A stretch of DNA of 64,000 bases from Alphaproteobacteria bacterium (lineage in GTDB: Bacteria; Pseudomonadota; Alphaproteobacteria; Bin95), in NCBI GenBank assembly GCA_022827685.1, contig JAJEIH010000117.1, positions 198 to 64,197 on the forward strand. Direction: 5' to 3'. A program made the position numbers and the translations under genes. The notes under the pieces are model-generated. The model worked only from the letters and a program-made list of their open reading frames with translations, had not been told where the DNA came from and searched no databases. Of this stretch, positions 32,282-42,106 are shown piece after piece; position 1 is the first letter of the stretch, and each line of letters opens with the position of its first letter.

Positions 32282-34045
32282 CTAGACGAGGACCATGCCT
32301 TCGGCGTCGATCTTTGCTTCCGGCTCTTCCGTGCCGCTCAGGATCATCTCGTTATGCGCCTTGCCCGACGGAATCATCGGGAAGCAGTTTTCCATCTGCG
32401 CGACCTGCACATCGACGATCACGGGACCGTCGGCGGCGATCATGGCGTCGATCACGCCGTCCATCTCTTCCGGGCGCTCCGCGCGCAGCCCCGTCCAGCC
32501 GAAGGCTTCGGCGAGGCGCACGAAATCCGGCAGGCTGTCCGTGTAGCTCTCGGAATAGCGCTCGCCATGCAGCAGTTCCTGCCACTGGCGCACCATGCCC
32601 ATCCACTGGTTGTTCAGGATGAAGAGCTTGACCGGCAGCCGGTATTGCGAGGCGGTGGAAAGCTCCTGGATGTTCATCAGGATGGACGCCTCGCCGGCGA
32701 CATCGATCACCAGCGCATCGGGATGGGCGACCTGCACGCCGATGGCGGCCGGCAGCCCGTAGCCCATCGTGCCGAGGCCGCCGGAGGTCATCCAGTGGTT
32801 CGGGCGCTCGAAACGGAGGAACTGCGCGGCCCACATCTGGTGCTGGCCGACCTCCGTGGTGAAGAAAACGTCATTGCGGCCCGCGACCTTCGCCTGCAGG
32901 CGCTCGAGCGCATATTGCGGCTTGATGACCTTGTCGTCCTGTTCGTATTTCAGGCAGTCGCGCTTGCGCCATTTGGCGATCTCGCGCCACCATTTTTCGA
33001 CCGCGCGGTAGTTCGTTCGCCCGCCGCGCGCCGACCAGCGCCGGCGGATGGCCTCGATCGCCTTGCCCGCATCCGCCACCACCGGCACATCGACCACGAC
33101 GTTCTTGTTGATCGAGGACGGATCGATGTCGATATGCACCTTCTTCGCATCGGGAGCGAAACCGGAGAGGAGGCCGGTCACCCGGTCGTCGAAGCGCGCG
33201 CCGACGGCAAGGATGAGGTCCGCGCCGTGCATGGCGAGATTGGCCTCGTAGAGGCCGTGCATGCCGAGCATCCCGAGGGACTGCGGGTGCGAAGCCGGGA
33301 AGGCGCCGAGCCCCATCAGCGTCTGCGTGCAGGGGAAGCCGGTCTCCTGCACCAGGCGGAGCAGCCCGCGCGCCGCGGCCGGCCCCGAATTGATCACGCC
33401 GCCGCCGACATAGACCACCGGCCGCTTCGCGGTCTCGATGAGGGCCACGGCCTCTTCCACCGCCTGCGGGTCGGGGCGCGTGCGCGGCTTGTAGCTCCGG
33501 TGCTTCACTTCTTCCGGCGGCCGGTAGGCCCCCTCGGCGAATTGCACGTCCTTCGGCACATCCACCACCACCGGCCCCGGCCGGCCGCTGCGCGCGACAT
33601 AGAACGCCTCATGGATCGTCGAGGCGACTTCGTCCACGCTCCTGATGAGGTAGTTGTGCTTGGTGCAGGGCCGGGTGATGCCGGTCGTGTCCGCTTCCTG
33701 GAAAGCGTCATTGCCGATGAGGTGCGTCGGCACCTGGCCGGTCAGGCAGACGACGGGAATGCTGTCCATGAGCGCGTCGGTGAGGCCGGTCACGGCGTTG
33801 GTCGCGCCCGGCCCGGAGGTCACGAGCACGACGCCGACCTTGCCGGTCGAGCGGGCATAGCCTTCCGCGGCATGGACCGCGCCGCCTTCCTGGCGGACGA
33901 GGTAATGGCGCAGCCGGTTCTGCTTGAAGATCTCGTCATAGATCGGCAGCACGGCGCCGCCCGGATAGCCGAAGACCGCCTCGACGCCCTGATCGACGAG
34001 GGCTTTGACGATCATTTCGGCGCCAGTCATGGTCCTGACGGTCAT
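32282..34045 (-). CDS. ilvB: Acetolactate synthase large subunit
   Basis: [44 protein letters not shown]. Confidence 0.97.
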   Translation of the reverse strand: MTVRTMTGAEMIVKALVDQGVEAVFGYPGGAVLPIYDEIFKQNRLRHYLVRQEGGAVHAAEGYARSTGKVGVVLVTSGPGATNAVTGLTDALMDSIPVVCLTGQVPTHLIGNDAFQEADTTGITRPCTKHNYLIRSVDEVASTIHEAFYVARSGRPGPVVVDVPKDVQFAEGAYRPPEEVKHRSYKPRTRPDPQAVEEAVALIETAKRPVVYVGGGVINSGPAAARGLLRLVQETGFPCTQTLMGLGAFPASHPQSLGMLGMHGLYEANLAMHGADLILAVGARFDDRVTGLLSGFAPDAKKVHIDIDPSSINKNVVVDVPVVADAGKAIEAIRRRWSARGGRTNYRAVEKWWREIAKWRKRDCLKYEQDDKVIKPQYALERLQAKVAGRNDVFFTTEVGQHQMWAAQFLRFERPNHWMTSGGLGTMGYGLPAAIGVQVAHPDALVIDVAGEASILMNIQELSTASQYRLPVKLFILNNQWMGMVRQWQELLHGERYSESYTDSLPDFVRLAEAFGWTGLRAERPEEMDGVIDAMIAADGPVIVDVQVAQMENCFPMIPSGKAHNEMILSGTEEPEAKIDAEGMVLV

Positions 34046-34078
34046 GGGCCTGTTTTCCGCATCCGGGGAAAGCGCGCG

Positions 34079-34107
34079 ACCCTAAACACCGGCAAACCGC
34101 CGGTCAA
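34079..34107 (-). promoter_or_regulatory. Putative sigma70 promoter of the ilv operon
   Basis: Minus strand TTGACC-N17-TAGGGT, 33 nt upstream of the ATG. Confidence 0.5.
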
Positions 34108-34601
34108 CAGGCAGAAAGCCAACATTCCCGGTGAGGAAATCGCGCCGGAGAAGGCCCGCAACCGCGAGTTCCGGACCGGACGGGCAAGCTGCGCCTGTCT
34201 GCGTAGGCGGCAGCGGTAAAAGCAGTTTGTTCGAAAGATAATGAAATAATACTACTTTTTCATTTGAATTAAAAATAATCCCAATGGAATAGATCAGCAG
34301 GAGAGGAACGGAATTCGTAGGATTGCTCCATTTCCCGTGTCCCGCCGCACGGACGAGTCGGCGGTGCGAGGTGTGGAACGAAAAGGGCTCGAAAGGAGAG
34401 GGCCATGCCGAACGCGCAAGGCCGGGGAAACGGAGCGGAATGCCCGGAGCACGATCCGTTCTGACAGACCCGCGTTCGGGTCCGAACCCGGACGCATCGC
34501 CCCGGCCCCCCTGTCCACCGTCAAATTGCCGCGCGGCTATGGACCGGCCCGGCCCGGCGCGCGACTATCCTTTCCGCGCTGCCTCAACCGGGGGTGTATC
34601 G

Positions 34602-35144
34602 ATGTCCGAGAGCGCGGGCCGATGCGGGACGACGCTGCTGACGCCGCTGGCCCTCCTGTCGCTCCTGTTTTCCGGGGCGATGTTCGGCTTCTTCTTCGCC
34701 TGGGTCTGCTCGACCATGTGGGGGCTGGACGCGGCGGACCCCAATACCGCCATCGCCGCCATGCAGGCCATGAATGCGAGCGTGCGCAACTGGGTCTTCG
34801 CGCCGGCATTCTTCGGCACGCCCGTGCTGTTGATGTTCACGGCGCTGGCCGCCCTGAGGGTCGGGGAGCGGCGGGCCGCAGCCGGCTTCGCGCTCGCCGG
34901 CCTCCTCTACGTCCTGGGTGCGATGGTCCCGACGATGACCGTCAATGTGCCGTTGAACGAGGCGCTGGCGCTGGTCGAGACGCCGCTCCACCCCACGGAA
35001 GCCGGGGAGGCGTGGCGGGCCTATTCCGGGCCCTGGCAGGTCTGGAACGCCGTTCGCGCCGTGGCCGCGGGCTTCGTCCTCGCGCTGGCGGGCTGGAGTA
35101 TCCGGGGCGCCGGCACCTTTCCGGTCAGGCGCGCCGGCGGATGA
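34602..35144 (+). CDS. DUF1772 (anthrone oxygenase-like) membrane protein
   Basis: AMQAMNASVRN..FFG, T.TVNVPLNEAL, W..WN.VR. Confidence 0.85.
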   Translation: MSESAGRCGTTLLTPLALLSLLFSGAMFGFFFAWVCSTMWGLDAADPNTAIAAMQAMNASVRNWVFAPAFFGTPVLLMFTALAALRVGERRAAAGFALAGLLYVLGAMVPTMTVNVPLNEALALVETPLHPTEAGEAWRAYSGPWQVWNAVRAVAAGFVLALAGWSIRGAGTFPVRRAGG

Positions 35145-35973
35145 GCCAGACGCCGGCCATGGCGAGCGCGAAACCGGGCCACATGGCGGCGGGAAGGTCC
35201 TCGCCGAGAAAGGCCCAGGCGAGCAGCGCGGTCACCCCCGGGATCAGGTAGAAGTTGGACGCGGCGCGGCCCGCCTCGCCGTGGCGGAGCATGTAGAGCA
35301 GCAGCGCCATGGCGCCGAGCGAGACGCCGAAGGTCAGATAGGCGAGCGCGGCGACCATGCCGGGCGTCCAGACGGCATGCGGCGTCTCGAATGCCCAGGT
35401 GAACGCCCATGCCGCGGCCGCCGCCGATGCGAGCTGCACCGTATTGGCCCCGATGAGCGGCGCTTCCCGGCAGAAGCGCGCATGGTAGAGCGTGCCGGCG
35501 GCGAGCGCGGCGATGGAGCCGACCGCCCAGGCGATGCCCGCCGGGCGGCCGAGGTCGAAGGCGCCGATGCCCGCAACCAGCGCGACGCCGCCGGCGCCCA
35601 GCAGGAAGCCCGCCCATTGCCGGCCCCGGAAGCGTTCGCCGAGCAGCGGGCCGGCAACCAGCGCCGTCGCGATCGGGTGCAGCGCGCCGATCAGCGCCAT
35701 GGTGGCGCCGCGGATCTCGGTCATGGCGAGATAGGCGCCGCCCAGATAGACGGCATTGATGACGGCGCCCGAGAACGCCAGATGGGCCAGCCCCCGGAGC
35801 CCTGGCCGCCAGTCCCGCACCAGGAAGGCCGCGGCGACCGCCAGCACCGCTGCCGCGACGGTGAAGCGGATCGCCAGGAAATAGAACGGCGTGATGTCCG
35901 GCAGGCCGGCGCGGACCGCGACGAATGCGCCGCTCCAGATCAGGACGAAGAGGAACGGGGCGAGGCGGGTCAG
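35125..35973 (-). CDS. DMT/EamA family transporter
   Basis: FVLIWSGAF, LAIRF, HPIATA..LLGER, YLIPGVTALLAWAFLGE; apparent CTG start overlapping the upstream TGA. Confidence 0.85.
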   Translation of the reverse strand: MTRLAPFLFVLIWSGAFVAVRAGLPDITPFYFLAIRFTVAAAVLAVAAAFLVRDWRPGLRGLAHLAFSGAVINAVYLGGAYLAMTEIRGATMALIGALHPIATALVAGPLLGERFRGRQWAGFLLGAGGVALVAGIGAFDLGRPAGIAWAVGSIAALAAGTLYHARFCREAPLIGANTVQLASAAAAAWAFTWAFETPHAVWTPGMVAALAYLTFGVSLGAMALLLYMLRHGEAGRAASNFYLIPGVTALLAWAFLGEDLPAAMWPGFALAMAGVWLIRRRA

Positions 35974-36731
35974 CTTGCGCTGTCCTCGATCACCTCGCCG
36001 CCGAGTTCCTCGACGAAAGCGTAGATCTCGGTTGCCGCCGCATCGATGCGTGCGCGGTCCGCCCCGCGCACGACCAGCGCGACGCCCGTGCCCTTGTCCG
36101 TGTTGTAGAAGGGGTAGGAGCCGAGATCGAGCTCCGGGAAGCGCTGCTGCACCGCGCCCAGCCCCTTCGCCAGCACGCCCTCCACCAGACGGGTCGAGAG
36201 CGACCGGGAATGGATTACCGTGCCGCGCCGGAGCGAGGGTTTGGCGGCCTCGAACATGGACTGCATGATCTGCGGCACGCCGGCGAACACGAACACGTTC
36301 TCCATGCGGAAGCCGGGCGCGATGGACACGGCGTTGTCCACGAGTTCCGCGCCGACCGGCGTGATCGTCATGCGCTTGCGCGCCTCGGTGAACTCCTGCC
36401 CGCGGCGGTCGTACCATTCGGCCATCCGGCGGTAGCTCTCCGGGTGGTAGTGCCAGTCCGTCCCGAAGGCGGCGGCGACGGACTCCGGCGTGATGTCGTC
36501 ATGGGTCGGCCCGATGCCGCCGGTGGTGAACACATAGTCGTAGCGCGCCCTGAGCGCGTTGACGGCTTCGACGATCTCCTCGCGGATATCGGGCACGATG
36601 CGCACTTCGCTGAGCTGGATGCCGATCTCGTTGAGGCCGTTGCCGAGAAAGGCGATGTTCCTGTCCTGGGTGCGGCCCGAGAGGATCTCGTTGCCGATGA
36701 CGCAGAGCGCGGCGGTAACCGTGGAAGCCAT
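35970..36731 (-). CDS. CinA-like molybdopterin-binding-domain protein
   Basis: IGNEILSGRTQDRN, TTGGIGPTHDDIT, APGF..ENV, GSYPFY. Confidence 0.9.
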   Translation of the reverse strand: MASTVTAALCVIGNEILSGRTQDRNIAFLGNGLNEIGIQLSEVRIVPDIREEIVEAVNALRARYDYVFTTGGIGPTHDDITPESVAAAFGTDWHYHPESYRRMAEWYDRRGQEFTEARKRMTITPVGAELVDNAVSIAPGFRMENVFVFAGVPQIMQSMFEAAKPSLRRGTVIHSRSLSTRLVEGVLAKGLGAVQQRFPELDLGSYPFYNTDKGTGVALVVRGADRARIDAAATEIYAFVEELGGEVIEDSAS

Positions 36732-36865
36732 GGAGGTTTGTCCTCGGGCGGCGGGCGGGCGGAGGATAGCCCCGCCGGGCGCGCTCTTGAAGACAGCGCG
36801 GTTGGCGGGACGAAATGCTATGCTGGGTGCCGAGTCCTGTCCGTCAGCACCTGTCCGGAGCCTCG

Positions 36866-37684
36866 ATGCAGCTCAAGCGCCAACAGACCCGCCGCCGGGA
36901 AGACGAGATCGCGATCCACACCGAGGACGACCTTGCGGCCATGCGCAGGGCCGGGCGGCTTGCGGCGGAAGTGCTGGACCATGTGACGCCGCATGTCGCG
37001 CCCGGCGCGACGACGGAGGAACTCAACACCATCTGCCACGACTTCATCCTTGCGCATGGGGCCGTGCCGGCGCCGCTCAACTACAGGGGCTTCCCGAAGT
37101 CGATCTGCACGTCGATCAACCATGTCGTCTGCCACGGCATTCCGGGGCCGCGCCGGCTGCGCGACGGCGACATCATGAATATCGACATCACCGTCATACT
37201 TAACGGCTGGTACGGCGACACCAGCCGCATGTTCCTGGTCGGCGAGCGCGTCGGCGTGAAGGCGCGCCGGCTGGTCTCGGCTACGCATGAGGCCCTGATG
37301 CGCGGCATCGAGACGGTCCGTCCGGGCGCCTATCTCGGCGATATAGGCCACGCCATCCAGGCTTATGTCGAGCCGATGGGCTACTCCGTGGTGCGGGATT
37401 TCTGCGGCCACGGCCTCGGGCGCGAGTTCCACCAGCCGCCGAGCGTGCTGCATTACGGCCGGCCGGGCGACGGCCCGATGCTGCGCGAAGGCATGTTCTT
37501 CACCATCGAGCCGATGATCAATGCCGGCCGGTTCCATGTGAAGATTCTGGCGGACAACTGGACGGCCGTCACCAAGGACAAGTCGCTCTCGGCCCAGTTC
37601 GAGCACACGGTCGCGGTGGTGCCGGACGGCGTGGAAGTGCTGACCTATTCGCCGAAGGGGTGGGACAGGCCGCCCTATGCGTGA
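36866..37684 (+). CDS. map: Methionine aminopeptidase type I
   Basis: YRGFPKSICTSINHVVCHGIP, GDTSRM, FCGHGLG, FTIEPMIN, SAQFEHT. Confidence 0.96.
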   Translation: MQLKRQQTRRREDEIAIHTEDDLAAMRRAGRLAAEVLDHVTPHVAPGATTEELNTICHDFILAHGAVPAPLNYRGFPKSICTSINHVVCHGIPGPRRLRDGDIMNIDITVILNGWYGDTSRMFLVGERVGVKARRLVSATHEALMRGIETVRPGAYLGDIGHAIQAYVEPMGYSVVRDFCGHGLGREFHQPPSVLHYGRPGDGPMLREGMFFTIEPMINAGRFHVKILADNWTAVTKDKSLSAQFEHTVAVVPDGVEVLTYSPKGWDRPPYA

Positions 37685-38486
37685 CGGGCCCGCCAACGGG
37701 GGCGACGACAAGGTCGTGCCGCTCTTCGGCGCGCAGGCGCCTGCCCGGAAGCCTGCGGGCCGCCGGAAGGGTGGCGAGATTTCGGACGCCGAGGAGCGGA
37801 CCAGGAAACGGGAACAGCAGAAGGGTCATCGGGAGCGTCTGCGCCGGCATTTCCTGAAAAACCTGAGCAACGAAGGCAGCATGAAGGACTACGAGCTGCT
37901 GGAATTGCTGCTGTTCGGTGCCTATTCCCGGCGCGATGTGCAACAGATCGCCCGGGACCTGATCCAGGCCTTCGGCTCGCTCGCGGGCGTGCTGGCCGCC
38001 GAGCCGGCGGCGCTGCTCAAGGTCCGGGATGTGGGCGAGTCCGCCGTCTCGCTCATCAAGGTCGCCGAGGCGCTCGGGATCGAGCTTGCCCGCGAGGCCG
38101 CGGTCGCCGGCGAGATGCTGAATGACTACGACGCCCTGGCCGCCTATTGCCGCGCCCGCATGGGCCGGCTGCCGGTGGAGGAGTTCCGCATCCTGTTCCT
38201 GAACAAGAGGAACCGCCTGATCCTGGACGAACGCCAGTCCAGCGGCACGATCGACAGCGCCCCGGCCTATCCCCGCGAAGTCTGCAGGCGGGCGCTCGAT
38301 GTCGGCGCGGCCTCCATCATCCTGGTCCACAACCATCCGAGCGGCGACCCGACCCCGTCGGGGGCGGATGTCGAGCTTACCCGGCGCATCCAGGCGGCTG
38401 CGAAGACGCTCAACATCTCCGTGTTCGACCATCTTGTGGTCACGCGCGGCCAGATCCTGAGCTTCCGTTCGAGAGGCCTGCTGTGA
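37677..38486 (+). CDS. radC: RadC-like JAB domain protein
   Basis: GHRERLR, DYELLELLL, EEFRILFL, HNHPSGDPTPS..D, FDHLVV. Confidence 0.93.
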   Translation: MRDGPANGGDDKVVPLFGAQAPARKPAGRRKGGEISDAEERTRKREQQKGHRERLRRHFLKNLSNEGSMKDYELLELLLFGAYSRRDVQQIARDLIQAFGSLAGVLAAEPAALLKVRDVGESAVSLIKVAEALGIELAREAAVAGEMLNDYDALAAYCRARMGRLPVEEFRILFLNKRNRLILDERQSSGTIDSAPAYPREVCRRALDVGAASIILVHNHPSGDPTPSGADVELTRRIQAAAKTLNISVFDHLVVTRGQILSFRSRGLL

Positions 38487-38564
38487 CACCGGCGCCGGCC
38501 CTGTGAACCGATAAGCCTGCGGCCGGGCTCCGGCACGGGCGCGGCGATGCAGCTGCCGGAAGCG

Positions 38565-38699
38565 TTGGAGCGCACTCCATTCGGATTGAAACGATATTGG
38601 GGCCAAGTCCGAAATTGTCGCCACGGCCCCCGAGCCGGGGCCCGGCACCGCCGGCAAAGCATAGCAAAGACCTCGACAGGCTGGACCCCGGATCTCCGC
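38565..38699 (+). repeat. Truncated copy of the composite palindromic repeat at 55824-56019
   Basis: TTGGAGCGCACTCCATTCGGATTGAA end plus ~88 nt (38612-38699) nearly identical to the reverse complement of 55896-55983. Confidence 0.85.
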
Positions 38700-38733
38700 G
38701 CCGACCCGCCTGCCGCGGACGGTTGCGCCGCAC

Positions 38734-39960
38734 CTATCGGCACGCGGCGTCCGCCGGTTTTGTTGCGACTTCGCGACGCGGCCCTTTTTCCGTCAATGTT
38801 TCGAGAAAGGCGACGAGATCGGCCCGTTCGCGCGCGCTCAGGTCCAGGCGGCGCAGGATCCGTTCGCCTCCGGCGTGCAGCCGGTCCTCGTCGATCGTCG
38901 AATAGTGGCGGACGACATCGGCGAGCGTCCCGAGGCTCCCGGCATGCATGTAGGGCGCGGTGAGCGCGGCGTTGCGCAGGCCCGGCACCCGGAACTCGCC
39001 GAAATTGCTTTGGCGCAGGCGGACATAGCGGGTCTTGGCGGCGGTGGAGCGCTGCGCGTCGTCGTTGAAGGCGCCCAGCAGGGTGTACGGGCTCCGGCGC
39101 AGTTTGCGGATGCCGCCCAGCCGGCCGGGATCGACCCGGCCGGGTTCGACGAAATGCGGCACGCCGGCATCGGCGAACTCGCCGTTGGTGAAGGCCGGGC
39201 CGAAATGGCAGAAGGCGCAATTGCCCCGGCCGATGAACAGGCGCAGGCCGCGCCTGGCGGCGGCGGGATAGCGGGCCTGGCCGGCCGCATCGCCCCGCGC
39301 GAGCGCGTCGCGGAAATCGTCGAACGGCGTGCGCCCGGTGACCTGCGTTTCCAGGAACGATGCAAGCGCCTTGCCGAGATCGACGAATACCCGTTCGTCG
39401 TCTGCGCCGGGCGCTTCTCCGAAAGCGCGCCGGTAGCCGCAGGAAAGCCGCCGGTCCGCGTGCACCAGCCGCGCCGCGCCGCCGGGGCCGATACCCATTT
39501 CGCGCCGGTCGAGGAGGGGCCGCAGGTTTTGCGCCCAAAGCGTGTCCTGCGCGCCGTCCCAGCCGAACCAGCGGTTGAAGCGCAGGTTGAACAGGCTGAG
39601 CGCGTTGCGGTCGACGGTCCGGCGCCCGCGGCTGCGCGGCAGGCCGTCGGTCCAGGCGCGGTCGGGCGCGTGGCAGGTTGCGCAGGAGACCGCGCCGGAC
39701 AAGGACAGGCGCGCATCGAAGAACAGCGCCCGGCCGAAGGCGATGGCGTCCGGTTTGCCGGAAACCCGGTTGCTCGGATCGGGCGCCGATGCCGGCGGCC
39801 ACGGGCCGTGGCGCAGGATCCGACGCTTTTCCTCGGCGGTGAAGTCGAACGCCGGCGACGGCGCGGCAATGCCGGGAAGCATGGAGAATGCAATCGCAAA
39901 ACCAGCGAGCCAGGCGGCCGGTCTGGCGGCGGCGGACACGCCGGAGCGCCGGGCCGTCAC
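38734..39960 (-). CDS. Di-heme cytochrome c peroxidase (MauG/bCCP family)
   Basis: GRALFFDARLS..CATCH, WFGWDG, GNCAFCH, FRVPGLRN..TAPYMH.G; GTGA coupling. Confidence 0.9.
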   Translation of the reverse strand: MTARRSGVSAAARPAAWLAGFAIAFSMLPGIAAPSPAFDFTAEEKRRILRHGPWPPASAPDPSNRVSGKPDAIAFGRALFFDARLSLSGAVSCATCHAPDRAWTDGLPRSRGRRTVDRNALSLFNLRFNRWFGWDGAQDTLWAQNLRPLLDRREMGIGPGGAARLVHADRRLSCGYRRAFGEAPGADDERVFVDLGKALASFLETQVTGRTPFDDFRDALARGDAAGQARYPAAARRGLRLFIGRGNCAFCHFGPAFTNGEFADAGVPHFVEPGRVDPGRLGGIRKLRRSPYTLLGAFNDDAQRSTAAKTRYVRLRQSNFGEFRVPGLRNAALTAPYMHAGSLGTLADVVRHYSTIDEDRLHAGGERILRRLDLSARERADLVAFLETLTEKGPRREVATKPADAACR

Positions 39961-40367
39961 TCCGGGACCGTTTCGCCGACCAGCTTTTCCCGGCCCGCCG
40001 CGCCGCGGACATCCAGTATCAGCTGCCAGCGCCCCGGCATGTGGAACAGCAGGCCTTCGGCCGTTCCGGACGCGCCGTTCAGGGTCACAGCGGGCCGGTA
40101 GTTCATGCCGTGCCGGTGGTCCGGCATCCAGCCGCGCACCTGGACCCGGCCGACCGGCGGCCCGCACAGATGGAAACGGACGGAAAAATGGTCGCCGACC
40201 GGGATGGGCGCGGGTTCCGGCCGCCACCATGCCGACCATAGCTCGCCGGCGATACTCCCGGCGCCTGCCCAGCCCTGCGGAGGGGGGCATGCGGCCGCCT
40301 GGCCGGCTGTCAAAACGAGCGCAAGCGCGGCCGCCAGGGCCGGTCCTGCGAGGCGCCGCCGGGCCAC
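39957..40367 (-). CDS. Exported YtkA/FixH-like putative metal-binding protein
   Basis: Signal peptide; WMPDHRHGMNYRP and GLLFHMPGRWQL motifs. Confidence 0.7.
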   Translation of the reverse strand: MARRRLAGPALAAALALVLTAGQAAACPPPQGWAGAGSIAGELWSAWWRPEPAPIPVGDHFSVRFHLCGPPVGRVQVRGWMPDHRHGMNYRPAVTLNGASGTAEGLLFHMPGRWQLILDVRGAAGREKLVGETVPE

Positions 40368-40369
40368 GG

Positions 40370-41212
40370 CTATTTTCCGAGGTTTGCGAGGTGCGGCCGG
40401 ATCATTGCCTCGCCGTTGCGCCAGGCGATCCTTTCGGCGAGGCCGGGCGGCAGGTCGGCCAGCCATTGCCGGGTCCAGTCGGCATGCTCGACGACATGGT
40501 ACCAGCGCTCCGGCGTGAAGGTATCGGTGCCGACCATGACGCGGTCCGGGAAGGCGGTGAACAGGCTGCGCCAGTCGTCATCGACCCGGCCGCGATAGGC
40601 ATGTTCGTTGCGGAAGGCCAGGTCGGTCCACAGGTTCGCGTGTTTTGCGAGCATCGGGCCGACGATATCCGGGCCGACAAAGCCGGCATGGGCCCAGAGC
40701 ACCCGCGCTTCCGGCCATTGGGCGAAGATCGCGTCCACCGCGCCGGCGTCCGAATGGGCGTGCAGGAGAAGATTGTGCTGCCGCGCCAGATCGACCATGC
40801 GCCGCGGCACGGCCTTGCCGGTCTGCGAGGCGAAGAGGTGGAATTCGCCGACCGCGACCCACCTGAAACGCCTCACACGATCCTCGAGGAAGTCGATCAC
40901 CGACGGATCGTCCACCCAGCTGCCGGTCTCGCCGCGCCGGCGGTAGGGGCGCAGGCTCGGCAGGACGAGGTCCGGCGCCGCGGCGTAGAGCGCGCGGGTG
41001 CCGGCGTCGCCGGAACTCGACACCAGCGCCCGCTTCAGCCCCGCCTTGACCAGAATGGCGGCGGCTTCGCCGGCGGCGAGAAGCGCGGCCGCGTCATGGC
41101 TGAAATGGATATGGGCGTCGAAGATCGGCATGGGCGCACCGACGGCGCGGACCGCCGAGGGCGACAGCGCCACGGCGGCCGAGCTTGCGAGAAAGCGGCG
41201 GCGCGAAATTAT
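40370..41212 (-). CDS. Tat-exported amidohydrolase family protein
   Basis: SRRRFL signal, FDAHIH, GEFHL, HAH, WAHAG, GTDT; apparent ATA start 7 nt after GGAAGGAG. Confidence 0.82.
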   Translation of the reverse strand: MISRRRFLASSAAVALSPSAVRAVGAPMPIFDAHIHFSHDAAALLAAGEAAAILVKAGLKRALVSSSGDAGTRALYAAAPDLVLPSLRPYRRRGETGSWVDDPSVIDFLEDRVRRFRWVAVGEFHLFASQTGKAVPRRMVDLARQHNLLLHAHSDAGAVDAIFAQWPEARVLWAHAGFVGPDIVGPMLAKHANLWTDLAFRNEHAYRGRVDDDWRSLFTAFPDRVMVGTDTFTPERWYHVVEHADWTRQWLADLPPGLAERIAWRNGEAMIRPHLANLGK

Positions 41213-41350
41213 GGCGGAGCTCCTTCCTGCCGGTACCCCCGGAATTCTGTCACTCCCGGCGGCGGCAAGGCAAGCCCGCGTGCCGTTTCTCCCGGTCCTG
41301 TCCGCCTGTGGATTTCCCGCCATATAGGGAACGCCGGCGTCGGACGGCCG

Positions 41351-42106
41351 TCAGCCGAGCAGGTATCGGGCGGCGAGGACGGCGCCCAGCAGGATCAGGA
41401 ACGCCAGCACGGCCTTGCGGAAGGTCTCGGCCGGAAGGCGGCGGCGCAGCGCCTCGCCGAGCTTCACGCCTGCCCAGACCGGCAGCAGGCCCAGCACCGA
41501 GACCGCGGCCGCCGGCCCGGTCAGCAGCCCCGCTTCCGACAGCCCCACCGCCATGGCGAGGCTGGAGAAGGTGAAGACGCAGTTGATGGCCTGCACGAAG
41601 CGGTTCGGGTCCAGTTGCAGAGCCAGCAGATAGGGCAGCAGCGGCATCACCTGCGAGCCGGTGAGGCCGTTCACCGTGCCGTTGATGAGCCCGACGGGCC
41701 ATTGCAGCGGACGCTCCAGACGCGGCGGCAGCATGAGCGCCGGGCGCGCCAGCGCGAAGGCGGCATAGCCCGCAAGCACCGCCCCGAGCACGGCCCCGGC
41801 GGCCAGCGGATCGACCCAGACCAGAAGCATGACGCCGAGCGCAATGCCCGGCAGCACCGCCAGGCAGAGCGGCCAGAACCGCCGCGCCGTCTCGCGGAAA
41901 TGGCCCGCCCCGCGCATCACCAGAAGATTGCTCGCAATCGACGGCGCCAGCACCAGCGGCAGCGCCTCGCGTATGCCGATGGAGAGCGCAAGCAGCGGCA
42001 GCGCGCAGGTCGAGAAGCCGAGCCCGGTCGCCCCCTTGACGAAAGCGGCGATGAGGAAAGCGGCGGTGACGGCGGCGAGCGTTTCCGGCGCCGCCGGGTC
42101 AATCAT
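41351..42106 (-). CDS. TauE/SafE family (sulfite exporter-like) membrane protein
   Basis: AAFVKGATGLGF, G...GLTG, multiple TM segments. Confidence 0.85.
   Translation of the reverse strand: MIDPAAPETLAAVTAAFLIAAFVKGATGLGFSTCALPLLALSIGIREALPLVLAPSIASNLLVMRGAGHFRETARRFWPLCLAVLPGIALGVMLLVWVDPLAAGAVLGAVLAGYAAFALARPALMLPPRLERPLQWPVGLINGTVNGLTGSQVMPLLPYLLALQLDPNRFVQAINCVFTFSSLAMAVGLSEAGLLTGPAAAVSVLGLLPVWAGVKLGEALRRRLPAETFRKAVLAFLILLGAVLAARYLLG

Noticed and set aside
34046-34220. ilv leader-peptide attenuator
   Set aside because: No Ile/Leu/Val-rich short ORF or terminator, and a candidate promoter lies only 33 nt from the ATG.
37677-38486. radC as a marker of a mobile or anti-restriction element
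   Set aside because: It is the full-length chromosomal form coupled to map, the usual alphaproteobacterial arrangement.
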